A stretch of DNA of 64,000 nucleotides from Candidatus Obscuribacteraceae bacterium (lineage in GTDB: Bacteria > Cyanobacteriota > Vampirovibrionia > Obscuribacterales > Obscuribacteraceae), in assembly GCA_044229845.1 (NCBI GenBank), contig JBGASG010000006.1, forward strand, positions 268,102-332,101, given 5' to 3'. Each line of letters begins with the position of its first letter. The stretch's first letter is position 1. The notes beneath the pieces were generated by a model. That model was not told the DNA's origin and ran no database searches. It saw only the letters and a program-made list of their open reading frames with translations. The translations under genes were made by a program, and so were the position numbers. Positions 1 through 10,000 of this stretch are shown piece after piece.

Positions 1-2
1 AG

Positions 3-608
3 AAGTGGGAATGCTCGATATTCTCGCTGACCGGCGATCCACTCGATCCGCATGGCGGCACCAACGTCTGGCGGACGGACGGTAGATTGCACCTGTTCGA
101 CCTGCGGTTCGAGCCGGGACAAACAACCACTAAGGTCACCGATGCCCGTCCCTGGGAAAAGGAAATCGACACTATCTATACGAAGGGCGCGCAGATCTTC
201 GACAAGGCTGAGCGCAAGAAGGTATATGACCGCTACCAACAAATCGTCTATGACGAAGTACCAATGATCTACCTTGTTACACCAACTGCATTGCTCGGAG
301 CGAGAAACACCGTCGGCAATTTCGCGCCGACGCCGCTTTCCTCATCGGTTGGTGACGGCTTGCACAACATCGACGAGATCTACAAGACAGACGCCACAGG
401 TACTGGTCCAGAGCCGGAGAAGTTGAGCCCGAAGACTGCCGCGCCGGCGCCCGACACAGCGACCCCGACGTCGACGACTACCAGTTCAACAACAACGACA
501 ACCGGGACAACCCCAGCCATTCCCATGACGGGTCCCGGTGCCACCACAACTGATGCAGCGACATCACCGGTCACACCAGCCAAGACGAAACCGGAACGCA
601 AACCGTGA
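3..608 (+). CDS. ABC transporter substrate-binding protein (family 5, OppA/DppA-like), 5'-truncated by the window edge, with a Thr/Pro-rich C-tail
   Basis: Frame is open from base 3 (KWECSIFSLTGDPLDPHGGTNVWRTDGRLHLFD). Clearly paralogous to the C-terminus of the next gene (DARPWEKEID, YQQIVY, HNIDEIY). Confidence 0.9.
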   Translation, partial: KWECSIFSLTGDPLDPHGGTNVWRTDGRLHLFDLRFEPGQTTTKVTDARPWEKEIDTIYTKGAQIFDKAERKKVYDRYQQIVYDEVPMIYLVTPTALLGARNTVGNFAPTPLSSSVGDGLHNIDEIYKTDATGTGPEPEKLSPKTAAPAPDTATPTSTTTSSTTTTTGTTPAIPMTGPGATTTDAATSPVTPAKTKPERKP

Positions 609-2539
609 ACAAGTTGCTCGTCTTAGCGACAATCTGCGCAGTGTTTCTAACCGGTTGCGTGCGGAAACCAGCGGCTCAGGTCGCTGGACCGCCATTGCCT
701 CCCGATAAGATAACAACCGCATTCGGCGTCCACGACTTTCCGAATCCTGGTCCGCACAAGATTGTCGAAGTCACCGAAAAGGACGGCACAAAGAGCGAAT
801 ACCTTCAGGCTCGCGGAGACGTCGGCAAATTCGGCGGTGCGTTCAAAGTATCTATCTTTGGTTCCGGACCGAAAACATTCAACCCCTGGGATGCATCAGA
901 TGTTGAAAGCGGTGGACTGGCGCTGCTCATGTTTGACCGTTTGGTGGATATTGATCCATGGACGGGCAAACCCTACCCGAAACTGGCAAAGTCGGTTGAA
1001 GTCAGCAAAGACAATCTGGAATACACTTTCGTTTTGCGCAAGGGATTGAAGTGGTCCGACGGCAAACCACTGACGGCCGACGATGTGGTTTTCACGTTTA
1101 ACGATCTGGTCGGCAAGGGCTTCGGCAACACCAGTAACCGTGACGTCATTTCGGTCTACGGTGAATATCCTAAAGTCTGGAAAGTCGACGACCTGACGGT
1201 GAAGTTTCGCACCGCACACCCCTTCGCACCATTTCTGGTGGCAATCCACTCGATTCCGATTGCACCAAAGCACGTCATGGAGAAATACACCAAGGGAAAG
1301 CCGGATGACTTTCGCAAGGTATGGTCGGTCAACATGAACCCGTCGGAGATGGTATCCAGCGGTCCGTTTATTCTCGAACAGTATGTGCCATCCCAACGAG
1401 TGATTTTGAAGCGAATCAATACTTATGGCATGGTGGATAAGGCTGGCAACAAGTTGCCCTATCTGAATCAGTTCGTCGAATTGATTGTGCCCGACCAGAA
1501 CACGATGGTTCTGAAGTTCCTCGGCAGAGAGATCGACCTTCTGGATGTGCGCAGCGTACGCGGTCTCGACGCGGCTCCGCTTATGGCGAAGGAGAAGTCG
1601 CTCGACTTTACGATGTACAACCTCGGCGCGGATGACGGCACGTACTTCCTCATGTTCAACATGAACCAGCGCATCAATCCAAAGACAAAGAAACCGTATG
1701 TAGATCCGATCAAGCAGAAGTGGTTTAACAACGTCAAATTCCGGCAGGCCGTCAGCCACGCAATCAACAGAGCGCAGATCATAAACAACGTGGCGCGTGG
1801 AGTCGCGGTGCCTCTGTATACAGCTGAACCGACATCCTCCCTGTACTACAATCCGAAGCTACAGCCCTTCCCTCAAGATTTGGAGCTATCGAAGAAGCTC
1901 CTTGCCGAGGGCGGATTTGTTCTCAAGGATGGCGTTCTTCACGACGCAGACGGACACCCGGTTGAGTTCATTCTGCAAACAAACGCCGGCAACCTCACCC
2001 GAGAAGCAATCTGCAATCACGTAAAAGATGTCCTCAAACCATTGGGCATCAAGGTCAACTTCCAGCCCATCGACTTCAATATTCTGGTCGGGAAAACTGA
2101 AGATACTCTCGATTGGGAAGGGATTGTCATGGCACTCAGCGGCAGCCGCCTTGAGCCGTACGAGGGCGCCAACGTATGGAAGTCCGACGGACGCTTACAC
2201 ATGTTTGATCAGCGGCTGCCTAATGAACAGGGCAAAGTCCTGGCGCCGGACGCTCGCCCCTGGGAAAAAGAAATCGACAAACTGTTCGATGACGGCGCCA
2301 CCACAATGGATCCAGCTAAACGACGGGCAGCCTACGACAAGTATCAAGAGATCGTTTACGAACAGCAGCCGTTCATTTATTTGATCTCTATTCTCGACCT
2401 GACGGCTATGAGAAACAGCGTCGGCAATTACAAACCCAAACCCTGGGGCGTCAGTTATACACCCATGGGAAGCATGCACAACATCGAAGAAATCTACTTC
2501 AAAGACAGCCAGCAAAAGCCAGCGGAGTCAGCTAAATAG
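605..2539 (+). CDS. ABC transporter substrate-binding lipoprotein (OppA/DppA family)
   Basis: Lipobox FLTGC; family-5 motif YTFVLRKGLKWSDGKPLTADDVVFT; SSGPF; VKFRQAVSHAINR. Confidence 0.93.
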   Translation: MNKLLVLATICAVFLTGCVRKPAAQVAGPPLPPDKITTAFGVHDFPNPGPHKIVEVTEKDGTKSEYLQARGDVGKFGGAFKVSIFGSGPKTFNPWDASDVESGGLALLMFDRLVDIDPWTGKPYPKLAKSVEVSKDNLEYTFVLRKGLKWSDGKPLTADDVVFTFNDLVGKGFGNTSNRDVISVYGEYPKVWKVDDLTVKFRTAHPFAPFLVAIHSIPIAPKHVMEKYTKGKPDDFRKVWSVNMNPSEMVSSGPFILEQYVPSQRVILKRINTYGMVDKAGNKLPYLNQFVELIVPDQNTMVLKFLGREIDLLDVRSVRGLDAAPLMAKEKSLDFTMYNLGADDGTYFLMFNMNQRINPKTKKPYVDPIKQKWFNNVKFRQAVSHAINRAQIINNVARGVAVPLYTAEPTSSLYYNPKLQPFPQDLELSKKLLAEGGFVLKDGVLHDADGHPVEFILQTNAGNLTREAICNHVKDVLKPLGIKVNFQPIDFNILVGKTEDTLDWEGIVMALSGSRLEPYEGANVWKSDGRLHMFDQRLPNEQGKVLAPDARPWEKEIDKLFDDGATTMDPAKRRAAYDKYQEIVYEQQPFIYLISILDLTAMRNSVGNYKPKPWGVSYTPMGSMHNIEEIYFKDSQQKPAESAK

Positions 2540-2540
2540 C

Positions 2541-3509
2541 ATGTCCATACCGATCTACATCCTCAAGCGCTTTCTGCAATCGATTCCATTGCTGATCATC
2601 ATCTCGATCATGAGTTTCACGATGCTGATGATGGCGCCAATCGATCCGCTAGCGCAATTGAAAGCAAACCCTGCTATCTCGCAGGCGGCGATCAAAGCGG
2701 AGGAGGAACGGCTTGGATTGAACAAACCCCCGATCGAGCGCTATGGCCGTTGGCTGGTTGCTCTGCTGCAAGGAAACCCGGGCACGGCCGTATCCGGAGC
2801 ACCGGTGGCCAGTCTGTTGATGGATCGCGCCGGCAACACATTGCTTTTGAGCAGTCTCTCGATTTTCTTCACCTGGCTATTTGCAATTCCAATGGGCATT
2901 TACGCCGCTGTGCACCGCCAGAAGTTTCTCGACAAACTGTTCAACATGATCAGCGCAATCGGTATGTCGATGCCGCCGTTTTTCTTCGCTCTCCTTTTGC
3001 TGATGGGAGCGTTGGCAACCGGATGGTTTCCGATTGGCGGCTTGACCAGCCCCAATCACTTCGAGATGGACTTCTGGCATCAAAGACTCGACATCGCGCA
3101 CCATCTCGTGATTCCAACCACCGTATTGACCTTCATCGGGCTGGCCGGTATTCAGCGCCAGATGCGCGGTAATCTGCTCGATGTTTTGCGCGCCGAGTAT
3201 GTCCGTACAGCTCGGGCCAAAGGCTTGCCAGAAAATCGTGTCCTTTACGCACACGCATTGAGAAATGCGATCAACCCACTCATTACATTCCTCGGATTTG
3301 AATTCGCGGCTCTGCTCAGCGGCGCAGCACTGACTGAAACGGTGCTCGCGTATCCAGGGCTGGGTCGATTGACACTGGAAGGCGTGCTAACCAAAGACAT
3401 GAACCTGGTAATGGCCTCTCTCATGCTGGGCGCCGTCATGCTGATCGCCGGCAACTTGATTGCAGACATTCTTCTCAAACTGGTCGACCCCCGAATCACC
3501 CTGGAGTAA
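2541..3509 (+). CDS. Peptide/nickel ABC transporter permease (OppB/DppB)
   Basis: YILKRFLQSIP N-terminus; EYVRTARAKGL loop; HALRNA; NLIADILLKLVDPRI. Confidence 0.93.
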   Translation: MSIPIYILKRFLQSIPLLIIISIMSFTMLMMAPIDPLAQLKANPAISQAAIKAEEERLGLNKPPIERYGRWLVALLQGNPGTAVSGAPVASLLMDRAGNTLLLSSLSIFFTWLFAIPMGIYAAVHRQKFLDKLFNMISAIGMSMPPFFFALLLLMGALATGWFPIGGLTSPNHFEMDFWHQRLDIAHHLVIPTTVLTFIGLAGIQRQMRGNLLDVLRAEYVRTARAKGLPENRVLYAHALRNAINPLITFLGFEFAALLSGAALTETVLAYPGLGRLTLEGVLTKDMNLVMASLMLGAVMLIAGNLIADILLKLVDPRITLE

Positions 3510-3522
3510 CAGGCAGACACCT

Positions 3523-4665
3523 ATGTCAGTTGATCAAAGCGAACTGCCTTTGTTAGAGCCAAAGCCGAAACCGGTTGAGGAAAACATTCCGCTGCGCAAA
3601 ACGCCCTGGCAAAGGCTCTGGGAAGATCGCCTGGCGCGCATCGCGTTGATTCTGCTGGGCGTTCTGTACTTGGCTGCAGCACTGGCAGATCCGCTTTCGC
3701 CCTACAGCATGCACTACAGCGATCCGGAACTGGGCAACGCGCCCCCCACCGAGGTTTACTGGAACGACGAGAAAGGGAACGTGGTCAATCCCTACGTTTA
3801 TCGAATGGAACGCACATTCGATCCCATGACCTTGAAACAAACATATTCGGAAGTGCGCGATAAGAAGTACGAACTGAAGATGTTTTATCCAGGCGAGGAT
3901 TATCATATTTTCGGGATCATCCCAGGAAACATCCACCTCTTCGGCGTTGATTCGCCCGCTCACATATTCATACTCGGCACCGACATCAGTGGGCGAGACA
4001 ACTGGTCGCGTCTTTTCTTCGGGGCCCAGAAAAGTCTGACCATCGGGTTTCTCGGGCTATTCATCGCCTTCCCGATTGGTATTGCCTATGGTGGGCTTTC
4101 CGGTTTCCTGGGCGGGCTGGTCGACAACTGGATGATGCGCATCGCGGAAGCGGTGATGTCTATTCCAAGTTTCTACCTGCTGATCGGACTGGCAGCAATA
4201 TTGCCGCCCAAGATGACCAGCTCCGAGCGCTTCGCATTAATCACAGTCATCCTGTCCTTCATCGGCTGGGCGGGATTGGCTCGGATCATCCGCGGTATGG
4301 TGCTATCCATCCGCAACGAAGAGTTTGTGGAAGCGGCGCGCGCCGCCGGCATGCCCGAATTCTGGAACATGCTCAAACACGTCATTCCGCAGACTGCGAG
4401 CTTCCTGATTATCTCAGCCACGCTGCAGGTCCCCAGTTTCATCCTCTCCGAAAGCGGCTTGAGCTTCCTCGGACTGGGTATTCAGCAGCCTGATGCCAGC
4501 TGGGGCAACATGCTCAAGGAAGCCCAGGACAACGTCAATGATTTGCTCGACCGCCCCTGGCTGATTACGCCGGGCATTGCGATCTTCATCACGATCCTCT
4601 GCTTCAACACTGTAGGCGATGTGCTCCGCGATGTCTTAGATCCGAAACTCCACGGTTCCAAATAG
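3523..4665 (+). CDS. Peptide/nickel ABC transporter permease (OppC/DppC)
   Basis: LGTDISGRD, EFVEAARAAG, ESGLSFLGLGIQQPDASWG, GDVLRDVLDP. Start placed at ATG 3523, just after the previous stop. Confidence 0.93.
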   Translation: MSVDQSELPLLEPKPKPVEENIPLRKTPWQRLWEDRLARIALILLGVLYLAAALADPLSPYSMHYSDPELGNAPPTEVYWNDEKGNVVNPYVYRMERTFDPMTLKQTYSEVRDKKYELKMFYPGEDYHIFGIIPGNIHLFGVDSPAHIFILGTDISGRDNWSRLFFGAQKSLTIGFLGLFIAFPIGIAYGGLSGFLGGLVDNWMMRIAEAVMSIPSFYLLIGLAAILPPKMTSSERFALITVILSFIGWAGLARIIRGMVLSIRNEEFVEAARAAGMPEFWNMLKHVIPQTASFLIISATLQVPSFILSESGLSFLGLGIQQPDASWGNMLKEAQDNVNDLLDRPWLITPGIAIFITILCFNTVGDVLRDVLDPKLHGSK

Positions 4666-4700
4666 CCAGCGCGCAACGCGCACAAAGGATGCAACGCCAA

Positions 4701-4895
4701 ATGGAACCAGCCCAGATTATCGAAATCGCCCTGCTCGCCTCTGTTTGCATCGGCGCCTGCGCGATCAGCTGGAATTCTCTGCGCAACTGGCGCGGCAGTC
4801 GTTTCCTATGCGATGACTGCCGGTTCAACGATCCAGAGCTATGCAAGAAACGCGAACGCGGGCGCGCACTGATCTGCACGGCGTATGAATGTATA
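4701..4895 (+). CDS. Small membrane-anchored Cys-rich protein (CxxC-x7-C-x10-C); stop codon apparently missing, so the 3' end is approximate
   Basis: AAGGA RBS, N-terminal hydrophobic helix, CDDCRFNDPELCKKRERGRALICTAY. The frame then runs on antisense through the next gene to 5915. Confidence 0.55.
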
Positions 4896-6212
4896 ACGCC
4901 GCCAGCCAGGTTCGCGGATCCATTTAGATTGTCCGTTCTCGTCTTTGCCGTACGCAGCATCTATTTGTTGCTGGTCGCGTTCTTTGATCTGGGCGTACGC
5001 CTCGGGACTGTTCAAATAAAGCTGCGTGCGATACGCCTGGCTGTGGCGGAAGTACGCTTTGGCTTCAGCATCGAATTCCCACGGAGACTCGGGCTGGGTT
5101 TCGTGCAGGTGGGGCATCAAAGCGCGCTCGCGCATCTCCTCGCCCGTCAGGCGGTCGGCCTTGTCCTTGTCGACTTTGTTGCCCTCGGCATCGAGATAAT
5201 TGCCTTTCTCATCACGGCGCTCATATTGCTTGGTGTCGTTGTTCCAGGAATAAAGTTGGTTGTTCTTGGTTTGAACAGCCCATTCGTCCTTGCCGATCTT
5301 TTGATAGCCGAGCTTCTCGTAGTAACCGTCGCCACCATGCTCCTTATCGGAAAAGTCCTGTCCGTGGTGTGCAATCTCGTGTTCGATGACTTTCTGTTTC
5401 GTCGCGGTATCGAACTCCTGCAAGTTCACAGCCCAGAACTCATGCTTACCTGCGAAGAAACCTCCAGTGGCGGCTGCGGGACCGTCAGTGAAGTTAACCT
5501 TGAGGCGCTCATCTTTGTCTCCGGTCAAACTGTCCGGCTGCGAACGATAGAGAGCATCGCTGAGAGTGTCCAGTTCTTCAAAACTCGGTTTGCGCACCGT
5601 ATAGGTGTCGTCACCATCCTTGTGCTCTTGTCCGACATTGGTATTGATGTCGACGTTGAATGTATCTTCTACTTCTTTGATGCGCTCATCGCGCTTGCGC
5701 TCCAGCTGCTGCGCATAGTTGCCGTCGGTAGTTGTGAGGACATCGCGCTGCTCGTTGGGTATGCCGTTCTCGTGCGGATGCTCCGGCTTAACTTCGTAGT
5801 AGAAGCGATACTGAATCTGCCCGTCCTTATCGCGGGTCACCTCCACGTCCATATCGAACTTTTTGGCTTCTTTGGTGGCGTCCTTACGGGCGGCCTCAAG
5901 CTCGACGTCACGTGAGGAGTCGCCGCCTTTGCCTGCCTGACCTTCCGGTTTGCAGCTATCGCCCCGTCCTGGCGTTGCTCCATCGCGCGGGTCGAATATG
6001 TCGAGATGATGGAGGATGTCCTGACCTATCTGTTTCAGGTCATTCAAATTGAGGTGCATGATGTCGGCGAGGGTGGGCAGCTCTCGCACGATCAGCGGCT
6101 GGCTCTGACCACCCTGCGTATTGTCCGACGCCGGCGGAACGATATCGTTGCCGTGGCATTGGACGACTTGCTGGTCAGATGACGCAGACGTGGCAGTCTT
6201 AGAGTCTCCCAA
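4839..6212 (-). CDS. Acidic hypothetical protein with an HExxH zinc-metallopeptidase-like motif
   Basis: GGAGG RBS before TTG at 6212; VIEHEIAHHGQD; downstream SPWEFDAE could supply a third Glu ligand. Confidence 0.75.
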   Translation of the reverse strand: MGDSKTATSASSDQQVVQCHGNDIVPPASDNTQGGQSQPLIVRELPTLADIMHLNLNDLKQIGQDILHHLDIFDPRDGATPGRGDSCKPEGQAGKGGDSSRDVELEAARKDATKEAKKFDMDVEVTRDKDGQIQYRFYYEVKPEHPHENGIPNEQRDVLTTTDGNYAQQLERKRDERIKEVEDTFNVDINTNVGQEHKDGDDTYTVRKPSFEELDTLSDALYRSQPDSLTGDKDERLKVNFTDGPAAATGGFFAGKHEFWAVNLQEFDTATKQKVIEHEIAHHGQDFSDKEHGGDGYYEKLGYQKIGKDEWAVQTKNNQLYSWNNDTKQYERRDEKGNYLDAEGNKVDKDKADRLTGEEMRERALMPHLHETQPESPWEFDAEAKAYFRHSQAYRTQLYLNSPEAYAQIKERDQQQIDAAYGKDENGQSKWIREPGWRRYTFIRRADQCAPAFAFLA

Positions 6213-6307
6213 GGAGCCTCCAGAAAAAGAATAGTAAGGGAGCGAACACGGAGATGATACGGAGCCGCGGGGCTCAGCGAACGAATTGCGGGAAGGGGGT
6301 TTGTGGC

Positions 6308-6355
6308 AATATAAGCCCATTTCGCGCAGAAGTCAAGAGTCGACTTCTGCACGAA
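6308..6355 (-). promoter_or_regulatory. Sigma70-like promoter (TTGACT-17-TATATT) overlapped by an inverted repeat (candidate operator)
   Basis: Minus-strand -35 at 6336-6331 and -10 at 6313-6308; GCAGAAGTC-N7-GACTTCTGC at 6326-6350. Confidence 0.55.
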
Positions 6356-6394
6356 TTTTATACCCGGCGGCTTGCTGGCGGGGGCCGCTCGATA

Positions 6395-6556
6395 GGCACC
6401 TAGGAAAAAGTTGATCTATACGATAACTCGTGTAAGGCACCGACCTGCGAATGGCAGTGCCCGCAAACCCAGTATTCATGCGCCTTACGCCGCAGATTGA
6501 ACTTTTCAGCCCCGGTTTGACCGGTTACCGTATAACGCAACTTTTTTCCAAGCGCC
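6395..6556. repeat. 33-nt imperfect inverted repeats enclosing a 96-nt core
   Basis: 6395-6427 matches the reverse complement of 6524-6556 at 25/33; inner stem GTAAGGC/GCCTTAC. Confidence 0.7.
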
Positions 6557-6706
6557 GTTGAGCACCCCCCCGCACCACAGCCGAAGGGTAGACAATCCTA
6601 GCTAAAATCTCCCAAGCAACATTAGCTTTGCAAGAAACCTGTGCAAAACCACTTGCGCGATCGCATTTCCCGTGATACCGCCGGCGGTGGCACCCCGAAA
6701 ATGACT

Positions 6707-6747
6707 CAAGCCCCTTGCCGGTTCACCCACCGGGCACAAGGGGCTTG
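6707..6747. terminator. Strong hairpin, possible intrinsic terminator
   Basis: CAAGCCCCTTG/CAAGGGGCTTG plus inner CCGGT/ACCGG; only short T tracts, offset from the stem. Confidence 0.5.
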
Positions 6748-7041
6748 CTCCTGTACTTTTACTATCTACCGACCTGCAGGTCACATCTAATGCTTCATCA
6801 TGTATGTCGGGGCTATATTTCAGCTTACCCGCTAGCTAACAGATGGAGAGCTGCGATCATGTAAATACAATAGCAGAGGGATATGCCGATGGGAAGATGC
6901 TTAAGAGAAGATTAAGGTGCTCTTGAGAACACCCACCCGATGGCTACCAGTGACGCTTTCGGGCTTGACAAAAACCCTATGTCTTAGTCCGGATATACGA
7001 TCTACGATAGTTTCCAGACAGCCACTATATGCGGTGCTTAT

Positions 7042-10000
7042 TTATGCACCAGCAGCGGTACCGCCTGCACTGCTCTCGCGTCCCAGCAGATTGAGGAAGA
7101 TTTTCACTAACCGCGGATCCCATTCTTTATTGGCACCATCCGCAATCAGTTTCATCGCCTCTTCCTTCGAAAGCGCTTTGCGATATGGGCGGTCGCTCGT
7201 CATAGCCACGTAGGCATCCGCAAGAGCAACGATGCGCGACTCGAGCGGAATCTCTTCGCCTTTCAATCCTTTCGGATATCCCGTCCCGTCCCAGTGCTCG
7301 TGATACGCTTCGACCACGGACGCCACCCGGAACAAATGCTTCGCCGGCTCCAAAATCTTGGCACCGATAGTCGGTGCAGTTTCGATAATTTTGCGCTCTT
7401 CTTCCGTGAGCGGACCTTTCTTCTGCAATATCTGTTCGTCGACGGCAATCTTGCCGACGTTGTGCAAAATCGCCGCCAGCGAAATGATCGTCGAATGATC
7501 TTTGGATAAATGCAGCGAAGCCGCAATCCGTGTAGCGTAATCAGCGGCGCGGGGCGACCGCTCGGTTGTGTACGCGTCGCGTGCCTCGATCATTTTAACG
7601 ACGGCGCCGAGAATACCCAGCAATCCGTGTTCGGCAATTAGTTTGAGATCGATGGAAGCGAGTTCTTCCGTCTTCGGTTTCAGGGGGGCATCGCGCTTCG
7701 GTTCCGGGACGGTCTTCTCGCCGCTTTCATCGAGCGTGGGCAAGAGGTCTTCGGACACGGAGCAGACCTGGTTTCTTCCCCGGTGCTTCGCCAGATAGAG
7801 CGCCTGGTCGGCAAGTTCAGTCAGGTGCGCCGCGTCTTGCGCGTCGACCGGATAGGTCGCCACGCCAATCGAAGCGGTAACCGTCCCGATGCCTTCAACT
7901 TCCTTCTCTCTAATAGATGCGCACATACGGTCGGCAACGATGCGGGCGCCGGCAACATCGGTTTCCGGCAACAGCACCACAAATTCCTCGCCGCCGTATC
8001 GGGCGGTCGTGTCGACGTCGCGGATGCTCTTCTTCAATACAGCGGCAATATGTTTAATCGCGGCATCACCAAATTGGTGACCGAGCGTATCGTTGATCTT
8101 CTTCAGAAAATCCAGATCGAGAATGATGTACGAGAACGGGTGACCGAATCGTTGGTTACGATCAAGTTCTCGAACCAGCTGTTCCTGGAAATAACGCCTG
8201 TTGTAGAGCCCCGTCATCGGATCGGTGACCGCCTGGCGCTCAACCTGCTCGAATAGTTCTTTGTGTGTTACCACCACCGCCACTCGGTCTGCCAGATCCT
8301 GAATCATCTTCATGTCTTTGACGGCAAACGGGCGGGCGCGCTCGCATGACACCATGCACAGCGCACCTTTGAAGCTTTCGCCCTGTACGAGCGGCACCAG
8401 AGTGATCATTTTGATCATGCCGGGCGGCACGATTTCCAGCGGCGCCAGCTTTTCCCGAATATCATCGGGATAAAGAATGATTATCTGCCCCTTCTGCAAA
8501 TGCTCCATGACCGCTTCAAATAGTTGCTCGGCGAAGTGGGCAGTGAGCGGTTCTTCGGCATTAGTCAGATCGCCGGTGATCTTCGAATTGACGAATGAAT
8601 TGTTTTGCTGATCGAAGAGCGATACCACGCAGAGATCGAGTTTTAAGTGTTCGGTCAGCAAATTGACCAACGTCTCGAAAATCTGATCCAGTTCTTTAAT
8701 AGATTGACGGATTTCTTGGCTGACGCGGTTGATCAACTGTTCGCGAGCGCGGTCGGCGCGTATCTGCGCAATCGCCTGGTCGGCACGAATAATGCTGGCC
8801 AGGTTACCGGCGATGGTCAATGCCAGTTCTCTATCCTGCGCGCGAAATGCGGATGTGCCGGGCGAGCGCTCCCACAATCCCAGAACGCCCAGGCGCTCGC
8901 CTTCCGACAAAAGCGGCACGATCAGCGCGGTGTCATGTCCGAAGAATGGATCGCCTTTGCGCGTGTATTCTGCGTTGACGACTTTACCGCGACCGGATTC
9001 GAAGACCTGCACAAATGGATTGTCTTTGGCCGAGAGATCGACGGTTTCAGACTGGCTGGAATCAGCCATTTGCGATTGCAGATTTTGCTCTTCTTCATTG
9101 AATAAATAGATCTGCGAATGCGTGAAGCCCATGTGCTCCGCCACCAGCATAACTGACTTGGCGAGCGTGTCCTGGCTGCGCTGACCTTTGGATTCTCTGA
9201 ACAGGGACGAGATCTCGTTGATGAGTTTCATCTCGTCGGCGTCTTGCTCGATCTTGGATAAGTCGAATGCTTGTTGGACGACGAAGGACAGTACTTCTGC
9301 GACGCTTTGCAGAATAGCTGCGTCTTCTTCCGACCAATCGCGCGTTGAAGAGCACTGCTGCAGTTCTAGAAACCCGCTGAATATGCCGCGGCAACGCAAC
9401 TGGGCAACCAGACGGGCTTTCACGCCGCCAAGTTCGACCAGTGACGCCAACGTCGGCGACATTTTGTGCAGCTTCTGATCCTGTCCCGTGTCGGGGTTTC
9501 CGATAACGCCCGTGCCGCCCTCGTCCGGGAAGCGCGAGAGGAAGTCCAACACGATTGCGGTTGATTCTTGCGAACCGAGGTTGGTGCCGCTGAAGCAAGT
9601 GTGCCCGTTCGGCGCGTGTTCGTTGGTGACTGTCAGCTGGTCGCCGACGACCTGCCAGATCAAACCGCGGTCGGCATGACTGACGTCCGTCAGCCCTTCA
9701 ATCGTCATCTGCAAAATCGACGACAGGTCACTGGAGTGACGCAGTTGCCCGACGATATCGCGAATAATCTTCTGGGCGTCGGGCGGAAACACAATCCGCT
9801 CTTCGTCCGATATATTTGTCCAGACCTGCCGCAGGTCCTTCAGTGCTTTGTTGTCGCGTTTTTGCTTGGACTTGTCTTTGTCCTTATCCTTGTCTTTAGG
9901 CGGCGCCGGAACACTGAGTCCTGATACCGGATCTGGTGCCGTATCAGGAGGCACAATCGGTCCATCTTCCGAGGACATCTGAGTCAGATCGACATAGCGC

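Noticed and set aside
4896..5915. Long hydrophobic remainder of the 408-aa + strand ORF
   Set aside because: It is the antisense shadow of the acidic HExxH gene; only the first ~65 codons look like a real protein.
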